Part shown: positions 1 to 7,991 of the stretch, piece after piece
Position numbering within the stretch: the first letter of the stretch is position 1
Layout of the letters: every line of letters begins with the position of its first letter
Assembly (NCBI GenBank): GCA_965216635.1
Contig: OZ244188.1
Coordinates: forward strand, 1,632,001 to 1,696,000
DNA from: a bacterium
GTDB lineage: Bacteria; SAR324; XYD2-FULL-50-16; G965216635
Reading direction: 5' to 3'
DNA length: 64,000 bases
The notes under the pieces: generated by a model
The model's database searches: none
What the model saw: only the letters and a program-made list of their open reading frames with translations
Told to the model about the DNA's origin: nothing
Made by a program: the position numbers and the translations under genes

Positions 1-661
1 AGTAAGCAGAAAAAGTAGGAATGCTACGACCTTGGGAAGCAACACCGTAAAAATAACTGTAACAATAATTAGGGTATTGTACATCGTTTCCCGTAGGAAA
101 CAGTCCATTTTGCACTCCATTTTGCACTATTGTGCCAGGTCCATCACCTGTGGTAGTTACACTAGTTCTTTCGCCTATACTTGTGCCTGCATCAAAAGAA
201 TCCATTGTTTTTTGCTTATAAGAGTAAGTTCTACCATCCACATCAACCGCTGTGACTCCTATTTGTTCACAACTCTTTTCAAAAAGAGTTTCTATTCCAT
301 TGTAATGGTACGAACCTGTAAGCTGATTTTCATAAAAAAAGGTACTAGCGTCAGCTTTTATCTCCGATGTAATTGCTGAATAGTCTTTAACTCTATAGCC
401 TGTAACAGTGTTTGTGATAGCTTTTGTGGTTTTTGTGCTATCCACCTTAAAACCATTTAGATAGGCAATGCCAACGAAAAATCCCTGCTTGCTACTGCTT
501 TGAACCGCTTGGGCTTGCAGATTGCTGCCTCCAAAAGTAAAAGCACTTCCTATAAGAAGAGCAGGAATAAGAATAGCCGCCAAAACGAAACGAGCCAGAG
601 TAAAACGAACCAGCGAAAAAGCGAAAGTTTTCCTTAAAACTTGGGAATTTATGTTTTTCAT
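1..661 (-). CDS. Outer-membrane beta-barrel family protein, paralog of 27860..29254 (3' part runs off the window)
   Basis: Not in ORF track. Manual translation from ATG at 661 (MKNINSQVLRKTFAFSLVRFTLARFVLAAILIPALLIGSAFTFGGSNLQAQ...KQGFFVG) stays open to position 1; signal region almost identical to 27860..29254. Confidence 0.8.
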   Translation of the reverse strand, partial: MKNINSQVLRKTFAFSLVRFTLARFVLAAILIPALLIGSAFTFGGSNLQAQAVQSSSKQGFFVGIAYLNGFKVDSTKTTKAITNTVTGYRVKDYSAITSEIKADASTFFYENQLTGSYHYNGIETLFEKSCEQIGVTAVDVDGRTYSYKQKTMDSFDAGTSIGERTSVTTTGDGPGTIVQNGVQNGLFPTGNDVQYPNYCYSYFYGVASQGRSIPTFSAY

Positions 662-707
662 AATAGTGTAAATAATTAAAATTAGGTTAAATAACAAAAC
701 TTCATAA

Positions 708-758
708 AGAATTGCAGAAAAAAAAAATCTTGTCAATATATTTTATTGGCTATTGGCA
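708..758 (-). promoter_or_regulatory. Putative sigma70 promoter of OMP gene with T10 tract in the spacer
   Basis: TTGACA (731-736, minus), 17-bp spacer containing T10, then weak extended -10 TGC-AATTCT; CCAATAGCCAATA upstream; same arrangement upstream of 29254. Confidence 0.5.
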
Positions 759-996
759 TCTTTTTATTTTTACTGCTCATTCTTTATAAAGAATAATTGC
801 AAAAAAACACTTTAAAAGCAAATAAAAAAAAGAATTTTATTTGTTTTTGGTGTTTTTGGTGTTTCTGCTTATTCTTTATAGAATTGCAAAAAAATCATTT
901 TTTGTCAAGCTATTTATTGGCTATTGGCATCTTTTTATTTTTTCTTGGCTCCGTTCAGCTTTCTTATTGACAAATATTGTAGAATGTAGTTATTAT

Positions 997-1063
997 AGAC
1001 CTTTGAATTAACGTTATGTAACGTTTTTGTTTTAAACTTCAGACAGATTATTGTCAAAGGTCT
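997..1063. mobile_element. Short MITE remnant
   Basis: Terminal inverted repeats AGACCTTTGA ... TCAAAGGTCT. Confidence 0.65.
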
Positions 1064-1127
1064 GTTTTTATTTTACCAAGAATTGATTTTTTTGTATACC
1101 ATCTCATTTTTTTATTCCTTGCAAAAA

Positions 1128-1970
1128 TTAAGCAGTAAGAACCCTTACTGCATCTTCTGTAATATATAAGGTGTGTTCAAATTGTGCAGACAGCTTCCCA
1201 TCTACTGTCACAGCAGTCCAGTTGTCTTCTAGGATTTTCACATCCTTCACTCCTTCGTTAATCATCGGCTCAATGGTGAAAAACATACCCGGTAAAATAG
1301 TCTCTCCCCGCCCTGCTTTTCCAAAATGAGGCACTTCTAGTTTTTCGTGGAATTGATTGCCTATACCATGCCCAATAAACTGTTCCACTACAGAAAAACC
1401 ATTTTTTTCAGCGTAAGTTTGAATGGCGCCACCTATATCTCCCATACGCCCGTAAGGTTTTGTTGCTCGGATGGCTTTTGCTAAACATTCTTCTGTGACC
1501 TGAATCAATTTTGCTGCTTTTTCAGAACAACTTTTTACTGGAAAAGTTTTACAAATATCTCCGAAATATCCGTTTAAAATGCAAGCAACATCTATAGAAA
1601 TAATATCACCTTCTTTGATGGGCTCGTCGTTGGGGATGCCGTGACAAATCGTATGGTTTAGCGAGGTGCAAATAGATTTTGGAAAACCGTGATAATTTAA
1701 ACTAGCAGGCAATCCTCCGCTATCTAAAATAAATTGATGCGCCAACTCATTGAGTCTATTTGTAGTCGTCTCTGGTTGAATAAATCCCTCTAGCATCTGT
1801 ATTGTTTTTTTTGCTAAAATATTGGCTTGAACCATCCCTTCAACAAATTCTGCAGAGCGAGGAATTATAGCTTTTGCCAAAGATTTTTCTTGATCCAATT
1901 TTAGATGGCAGCGCTTGTATTTTTTCTGACTACCGCACCAACAGGGTTGATTGCGTCCTATTTGTTTCAT
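1128..1970 (-). CDS. map: Type I methionine aminopeptidase with N-terminal SEC-C motif
   Basis: GRNQPCWCGSQKKYKRCH (SEC-C); CTSLN..ICHGIP, GHGIG, FTIEPMIN, SAQFEHT motifs. Confidence 0.95.
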   Translation of the reverse strand: MKQIGRNQPCWCGSQKKYKRCHLKLDQEKSLAKAIIPRSAEFVEGMVQANILAKKTIQMLEGFIQPETTTNRLNELAHQFILDSGGLPASLNYHGFPKSICTSLNHTICHGIPNDEPIKEGDIISIDVACILNGYFGDICKTFPVKSCSEKAAKLIQVTEECLAKAIRATKPYGRMGDIGGAIQTYAEKNGFSVVEQFIGHGIGNQFHEKLEVPHFGKAGRGETILPGMFFTIEPMINEGVKDVKILEDNWTAVTVDGKLSAQFEHTLYITEDAVRVLTA

Positions 1971-3421
1971 TCGCTCAAAACTCGGATAAAATTCGGTTTT
2001 TCAATTATAAATTTTTTTTTCTCTAATAGCAGCAAAGTAGATAGTAGATCTTTTTCCTTCGCATGGTGAGTTAGGATAGCCAAATGCACAGAATTTTCCG
2101 TCTTTGGTTTTGTGCTGGCAGGTGGTTTTGTGCTGGCAGGTGGTTTTGTGCTGGCAGGTGGTTTTGTGCTGGTTGTTTTTTGGGAAGGTGTTTTTGGGGA
2201 AGGTGTTTTTTTGTTGTCTTGTAGCATAGATTTAATACTAATCGCATTTTGAGAAAAAAGGTGACTGATAGATTCTAAAACTCCTACTTCATCGTCCACT
2301 GTAAATTCCAAAAAATACTCAAAATAGGTTTCTTCTATCTTCGTAAATCCAGCCTCTACGAAGGGTTTTTGCTGGTTTTCGCCTAATGGTTCAACCTGCG
2401 ATTCGACCAGCGGTTCGCCCAATGGTTCGCCTAATGATTCGCCCAGCGGTTTTTGGAGTAGCTGTATCATATCCGACACCATAGCCGATGCAGTTGGTTT
2501 GGCTCCAGCCCCCGCTCCGTAAAGCATAGAATTTCCGGCAAAATCACTTTTCAAAAAAATGGCATTGTCTGCGGATTCTACACTCGCTAAAAGATGTTTT
2601 TTTGGAACCAATGTCGGATGCACAGAAGCCTGAATTTTTTTCCCTACTTTTCTACTCATTGCGAGTAATTTGATTTTATAACCCATCTCTTTAGCGTAAT
2701 GAAAACTGCTAGATTTTAATTTGTCAATCCCTTCAATATATAATTTAGAAAAATCAAAAATACTGCGATGGATAAGATTCATTATAATAATCAATTTATG
2801 AGCCGCATCTATACCGCCAATATCTAAACTAGGGTCGGCTTCAGCGTAGCCCAACTCTTTGGCTTCCGATAAAGCCGTTTGAAAATCTACATTATCTTTT
2901 TCCATTCTGCATAGAATAAAATTACAAGTGCCGTTCATAATTCCATAAACACTGCTTATCTGGTTAGCAGATAATCCATTTCGCAAAACATCTATGATTG
3001 GAATTGCCCCAGCAACAGCAGCCTCAAAACGAACTAAATCAGGGTTGGATAGCGGAAAAGCAATTTTATGCCACTTTTCAGCAAGCAAGGATTTATTTGC
3101 GGTAATTACTTTTTTCTTTTTTTTGAAAAAAGTTTGAATTATTTTTAAAGCGAGTGTTTGGTCTCCAGTAGCCTCAAAAATCAAATCTACGGTTTCATCT
3201 TGCAGTATAAAATCAGCATCCGAAGACAAGCCAATTTCTTTTAAATTGAGATTTCTTTTTTTTTTTGGATTAGAAACAACCGCCTTGACAACCTTTACTA
3301 AAAAACCTGTTTTCTCCTCAATGAGATTAGAATGTTTTTGTAGCAATTCCAGCGTCCCTCCGCCGACTGTGCCTAGCCCAAAAATTGCTACTTTTAATTC
3401 TCTTGAATTTTTTAAAACCAT
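1967..3421 (-). CDS. hom: Homoserine dehydrogenase with C-terminal ACT domain
   Basis: GLGTVG, VITANK, FEAAVAGAIP, NGTCNFIL, GYAEADP, GAGAKPTASA. Confidence 0.95.
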   Translation of the reverse strand: MVLKNSRELKVAIFGLGTVGGGTLELLQKHSNLIEEKTGFLVKVVKAVVSNPKKKRNLNLKEIGLSSDADFILQDETVDLIFEATGDQTLALKIIQTFFKKKKKVITANKSLLAEKWHKIAFPLSNPDLVRFEAAVAGAIPIIDVLRNGLSANQISSVYGIMNGTCNFILCRMEKDNVDFQTALSEAKELGYAEADPSLDIGGIDAAHKLIIIMNLIHRSIFDFSKLYIEGIDKLKSSSFHYAKEMGYKIKLLAMSRKVGKKIQASVHPTLVPKKHLLASVESADNAIFLKSDFAGNSMLYGAGAGAKPTASAMVSDMIQLLQKPLGESLGEPLGEPLVESQVEPLGENQQKPFVEAGFTKIEETYFEYFLEFTVDDEVGVLESISHLFSQNAISIKSMLQDNKKTPSPKTPSQKTTSTKPPASTKPPASTKPPASTKPKTENSVHLAILTHHAKEKDLLSTLLLLEKKKFIIEKPNFIRVLSE

Positions 3422-3533
3422 ACCTAATTTTTTTGTTATAAATTTAGATGAGACCTATTCCAAACTATACAAGCAATAATAATATTTTCAAACAAGAAAA
3501 AAAGAATAATCTCGGTGATGAAAAAAAAGCTAT

Positions 3534-4181
3534 TTAATAGATTTCTTTGAGGAGTTTTTTTAGTCCAGAATGGAGTTGCGAGACCGTGCTATCGGAACGA
3601 TATAAGGCTCTGATTTTTTGTTGATTATCCAGCAAGTAAAGATAACCTGTATGGTTGATTTTGCGGCTAGAAGAATTATTTTCTGGTTTCGCCTTTTCTG
3701 GTTCTGCCTTTTCTGGTTCTGCCTTTTCTGGTTTCGCCTTTTCTGGTTCCGATTGAGCAAAAAAACCTCCATACAAAAATATTACTTCTCTCAATTCTTG
3801 TTCGTTTCCTTTTAGACCAATAAAATTTTTATCAAATTGTTTTAAGTATTGAGAAATTTTTTTTAAACTGTCTTTTGTATCTACACTAATAAATAAAAGT
3901 TGGATTTTTTTTTGCTGACTATTTTTTAGTTTTGAAATAGCTTTAGCTGCCACAGATAGAGTAATGGGGCAAATATCAGGACAAGAAGTGAATCCAAAAT
4001 AAACCAAAACCAAAGAATCTTTGTACTCGCTAAGCTGTATTTTTTTTCCCAGTGTACTTTGTAGAGTAAAATCTCCTCCCAAATCACCGTAGTCTTTGAA
4101 CTCAGGATAGTTAGCTTGATGAGCCAAACCATCTTCTACTGAAAATAAAAAAAACAACAAAAGAAGTTTATAAAATTTCAT
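3534..4181 (-). CDS. SCO1/SenC family copper chaperone
   Basis: Signal peptide, GGDFTL, FGFTSCPDICP (CxxxC), INHTGYLYL. Confidence 0.92.
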   Translation of the reverse strand: MKFYKLLLLFFLFSVEDGLAHQANYPEFKDYGDLGGDFTLQSTLGKKIQLSEYKDSLVLVYFGFTSCPDICPITLSVAAKAISKLKNSQQKKIQLLFISVDTKDSLKKISQYLKQFDKNFIGLKGNEQELREVIFLYGGFFAQSEPEKAKPEKAEPEKAEPEKAKPENNSSSRKINHTGYLYLLDNQQKIRALYRSDSTVSQLHSGLKKLLKEIY

Positions 4182-4294
4182 CTAAAATCACCGTAGTCTT
4201 TGAACTCAGGATAGTTAGCTTGATGAGCCAAACCATCCTCTACTGAAAATAAAAAAAACAACAAAAGAAGTTTATAAAATTTCATCTAAAATCA
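4081..4294. repeat. 104-bp tandem duplication of the SCO gene 5' end
   Basis: 4081-4184 is nearly identical to 4185-4288, with AAATCA at the junctions. Confidence 0.95.
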
Positions 4295-4585
4295 ATTTCC
4301 ATTTATCCAAATTTCAGAGGCAGCTAAATCTCTATCCTCGTCCCACACAACACCTCTACCAGTTTGACACACATACACAGCTTTAAAAAAAGCCTCGTTT
4401 TTGAGTAAATCAAAAGCCTCGTGTTTATCCAACAAAGGACGAAAATCATAAATCCTTGTTTGTCCACCCTCAAAACCCGCCTTTAGCTGGTGATTAGCTA
4501 ATGCCTTAATAGTTTTTATTTTTGGAATTTTTAGTAAATTTATTTCTTCTATACTTTTATTTTTCTTTAAATTGAGCGCTTTCAA
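4292..4585 (-). CDS. DUF2442-like protein (putative antitoxin)
   Basis: KALANHQLKAGFEGGQTRIYDF...FFKAVYV...GVVWDEDRDLA pattern. Confidence 0.7.
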   Translation of the reverse strand: MKALNLKKNKSIEEINLLKIPKIKTIKALANHQLKAGFEGGQTRIYDFRPLLDKHEAFDLLKNEAFFKAVYVCQTGRGVVWDEDRDLAASEIWINGN

Positions 4586-4819
4586 ATTTTTTTATTGGGT
4601 TTTAATTTTTCTAATTCTGTAGACAAAGTGCCACTATCTAAACAATCATCAATAATTAAATTGAGACTTTTCCAGATAGGCTACTGATAGACTTTCTTTT
4701 GCTTGCTTTTTGGTATCGCCCATCCCATAAGCCCCAAAAATATCAGCAACTGCAGTATATCCACCGTCCTCAGCCTTAGTGATTTTTGTTTGAAAATCTA
4801 CAGCAATATTTGCTTTCAT
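4582..4819 (-). pseudogene. HicB-like antitoxin, frameshifted by a 25-bp insertion
   Basis: MKANIAVDFQTKITKAEDGGYTAVADIFGAYGDGDTKKQAKESL; removing 25 bp between AGACTTT repeats (4664-4670, 4689-4695) restores a 70-aa ORF whose TGA overlaps the TTG of the DUF2442 gene. Confidence 0.6.
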
Positions 4820-5083
4820 AATGACTTTTTTATTTTATGTTACTTAGAATAATAATCTTAAAAAATTCTCATTTTTTTGTCAATAGAGCAATAGACTAAT
4901 ACAAAGGTCTCTATTCATATACCTTAAACTTTCTTGATAATGAAGTTTTTTATGATGTTGGAATAGGTTTTATTTGATTGTAATAATAATAGATTAAGTT
5001 TATTTAACACATTGTAGAGATTGGTTCAAAATTTTTTTATTGTATAAAATTTTTATAAAACACTCAATTAAAAATAAACAAAA

Positions 5084-6937
5084 GTGTCAAAACAAATAAT
5101 AGCTGTCGTAGGGAATGCAAATATTGACAATGATATTGAAACACAAAAACTATCTTATGAATTAGGAAAATTAATAATTGATAATGGTTTTATTTTAGCA
5201 ACAGGAGGCTTAGGGGGAGTCATGGAATTTGCTTCAAAAGGTGCAAGAAACTCTAAGCACTATACTGGAAATTCAATTCTTGGTATCTTACCTAATTATA
5301 ATTCTGAAGAAGCAAATCAATATATTGATATAGCTATACCAACAGGTTTTGGTTTGGCAAGAAATTTAATGCTTATTAGCATGGCTAACGCTGTAATTGC
5401 AGTTGGAGGTGGTTCTGGAACTTTGAATGAAATTGCGAGTGCATGGCAAATGAACAAATTAGTTATTGGTTTGAAGGTTAAAGGTTGGAGTGAAAAACTT
5501 TGCGGGAAAGCCTTGGATCAAAGACGAGATGATTTTATTTTTTGTGCAATAAATGCCCAAGAAGCTATAAAAATTTTAAATCGTAAAATCTCTTATTATC
5601 AACAGAGAAAATTCTTAGGTATAAAAAAAATAAGAATTACAAAAGACAAGGCAGAAAAAATTCTCAAAAATTATTTTGTTATAAAAAACAAACTTTTATT
5701 TTCAGGAAAGGGGTCAGAAGGCTTTGTTTTTTCAGACAAAAATAATGTTTATAAACTTATTGACGAAACGCAGCAAAAATTAGAATTGTATTGGATGCTT
5801 TTATCTCTTTCAGAAACACTACAGTTAGAAAAAGAAATAAAGAATTTACCAAAATTTGAAGTATTTTTTTTAGATGATAATATTTTAATCAAATACAAAT
5901 ATCAAGATACAGAAGAATTTACAAAAAACAAACATATAGAAGTCAATAAATTTATTCAATTATTAAAAGAATTTTACAAAATAGGGTGGGTTCTTACTGA
6001 TTTTAAACCGCAAAATTTGAGAATAACGAAAGAAGGTAATCTTTTTGTTATTGATATTGGAAAAAGCTTTTTACCTATTTCAAATTATTTGTTTGAAAGT
6101 ATGTCTCGTATAGCGTTTGTAACTTATAAATTACAAGGAAAACTATCCGATCCACAAGACTTTAAAAAATACCTATCCCCTGTAAATGAAATTGCTAATT
6201 TTTCTTTGTTGGCAGAGTTTGGTTTTTCAGAAAAAGAGTTAAAACAAGAATTTGATGGTTTTTATAAAAAAGTCACAACTGTTACGAAAGAGGATGTTTT
6301 AAATCCAATAATAAAAACCATTTTTCAAAAACATATAAAAGTAAAAAATGTTTTTGACTATGGTTCAGGCTATGGAGATATTGCGAAACTTTTAAAAGAA
6401 ATAGGTTTAGTGGTTACAGCCTATGAACCAGATAAAAAAATTGTCAAAGAATACAAAAAAAAATATTATCAAAATATTAATATTTTAGATTATATAAAAG
6501 TCCAAGAACTAATCAAAAACAAAACAAAATTTGATAGTCTGTTATGCTCTTTGGTTTTGTGCCACCCCTTAGCCAAAACTAAGCAGGAGAGATTAAAAGA
6601 AATTCATAAAATAATGGAAGATATAACTTTTCTGACGAAAAAGTATATTGTTATTGCAATTTGCAACCCACTGTATACCTATCAAACCTGCTCCAGATTG
6701 CAAAAACGAATTTTGCCTGCTGATTTTAATTACAAAAATGAAGTAGAATTTACTAAAAAAATTTATTCTTCAAACAGAGAAAGAGTTGATATTCATAGAC
6801 CGCTATCATTTTATGAAAATCTTTTTGAAAAATATAACCTTGATATAATAAAAATTATTCAAACTAGCGATACAATGAGAACAAACAGTATAAAAAACTC
6901 TGATTTTATGGTTTTTGTACTTCAAACTAGAACTTAG
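5084..6937 (+). CDS. Fusion: SLOG/LOG (TIGR00725-like) + protein-kinase-like domain + class I SAM methyltransferase
   Basis: TGGLGGVME, RNLMLI, GGGSGTLNEI (SLOG); GKGSEGFVF..VYK, TDFKPQNL, VIDIG (kinase fold); VFDYGSGYG (SAM motif I). Confidence 0.8.
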   Translation: MSKQIIAVVGNANIDNDIETQKLSYELGKLIIDNGFILATGGLGGVMEFASKGARNSKHYTGNSILGILPNYNSEEANQYIDIAIPTGFGLARNLMLISMANAVIAVGGGSGTLNEIASAWQMNKLVIGLKVKGWSEKLCGKALDQRRDDFIFCAINAQEAIKILNRKISYYQQRKFLGIKKIRITKDKAEKILKNYFVIKNKLLFSGKGSEGFVFSDKNNVYKLIDETQQKLELYWMLLSLSETLQLEKEIKNLPKFEVFFLDDNILIKYKYQDTEEFTKNKHIEVNKFIQLLKEFYKIGWVLTDFKPQNLRITKEGNLFVIDIGKSFLPISNYLFESMSRIAFVTYKLQGKLSDPQDFKKYLSPVNEIANFSLLAEFGFSEKELKQEFDGFYKKVTTVTKEDVLNPIIKTIFQKHIKVKNVFDYGSGYGDIAKLLKEIGLVVTAYEPDKKIVKEYKKKYYQNINILDYIKVQELIKNKTKFDSLLCSLVLCHPLAKTKQERLKEIHKIMEDITFLTKKYIVIAICNPLYTYQTCSRLQKRILPADFNYKNEVEFTKKIYSSNRERVDIHRPLSFYENLFEKYNLDIIKIIQTSDTMRTNSIKNSDFMVFVLQTRT

Positions 6938-6992
6938 TTTTTACCACCCAACTATAAATTGAAAACTCTTTTTTAACCAAGAAAATAACATT

Positions 6993-7841
6993 ATGAATAT
7001 TTTAGTTACAGGTAGTAAAGGATTTTTGGGAAAATACATTGTTAAAAAATTTGAAGTTGAAGGACATAAAGTTACCTCTTTTGATGTAGTAGATAGATTG
7101 GATATTCTCAATAAAAAGCATATAGAAGAAAAATTGCAAAATATTGATTTATGTATTCATGCCGCTGCTCAGGCCTGTGTGTATGAAGCAGAGAAAAATA
7201 AAAATAAGTGTAGAGAAATCAATGTAGAAGGAACAAGGAATGTTGCCCAAGCTTGTGACAAACTTGGGGTTAAATTAGTTTTTATTTCAACCGCTTGTAT
7301 TTACGGTAATAATGGAGAGAAAGTTCAAAACGAAAATTCACCTTTAGATCCAACAGAAATTTATACAGAAACAAAAAAAGAAGGGGAAGATCTACTCCAA
7401 AAATACCCATCCTTAAAATACAAAATCGTTCGTCCAGCAACATTTTATGGTGTTGGAATGACAAAAAAATTAGCAATATATAAATTTGTAGATAACTGTA
7501 AAAACAATAAGACTATAGAAATTCATGGAACAGGAGAGCAAACCCGTTCTTATACGCAGGTGGAAGATACTGTAAATGGCATCTACCTTGTTTCTACTTT
7601 GTGGGCTTCGGATTCTATTTACAATATTGCAGGCGATGATTTGATTTCTGTCAACGAACTTATATCTCTTATTGCCTCTTTAATGCCTATAGAACCAAAA
7701 ACAAAAACAGTTGATAATAGAACAGGACAAATTTGCCGTAGCAAAATTGCAAATGATAAATTGAAAGCATTGGGTTGGAAGCCGCAATACAATTTAAAAA
7801 AAGGTATTGCTAATTATATTGACCGAATTTCTAAAAAATAA
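6993..7841 (+). CDS. NAD-dependent epimerase/dehydratase (extended SDR)
   Basis: ILVTGSKGFLG, HAAA, NVEGTRNV, YTETK (YxxxK), GTGEQTRSY. Confidence 0.92.
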   Translation: MNILVTGSKGFLGKYIVKKFEVEGHKVTSFDVVDRLDILNKKHIEEKLQNIDLCIHAAAQACVYEAEKNKNKCREINVEGTRNVAQACDKLGVKLVFISTACIYGNNGEKVQNENSPLDPTEIYTETKKEGEDLLQKYPSLKYKIVRPATFYGVGMTKKLAIYKFVDNCKNNKTIEIHGTGEQTRSYTQVEDTVNGIYLVSTLWASDSIYNIAGDDLISVNELISLIASLMPIEPKTKTVDNRTGQICRSKIANDKLKALGWKPQYNLKKGIANYIDRISKK

Positions 7842-7991
7842 AAATGTAACTTCCCGATAAAAATATTTTGTTATCCTGAGGGTAAAAATAACCCCGATAT
7901 TTAAAAATATTGTAAAGAAGCAAACTATCAATTTTGCTTTGTTTATAAAAAATGAAAAGAATAATCAATTTTGTAAAGGGAGAAAAATAAT

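Noticed and set aside
32..379. 115-aa plus-strand ORF
   Set aside because: Antisense shadow of the minus-strand OMP gene
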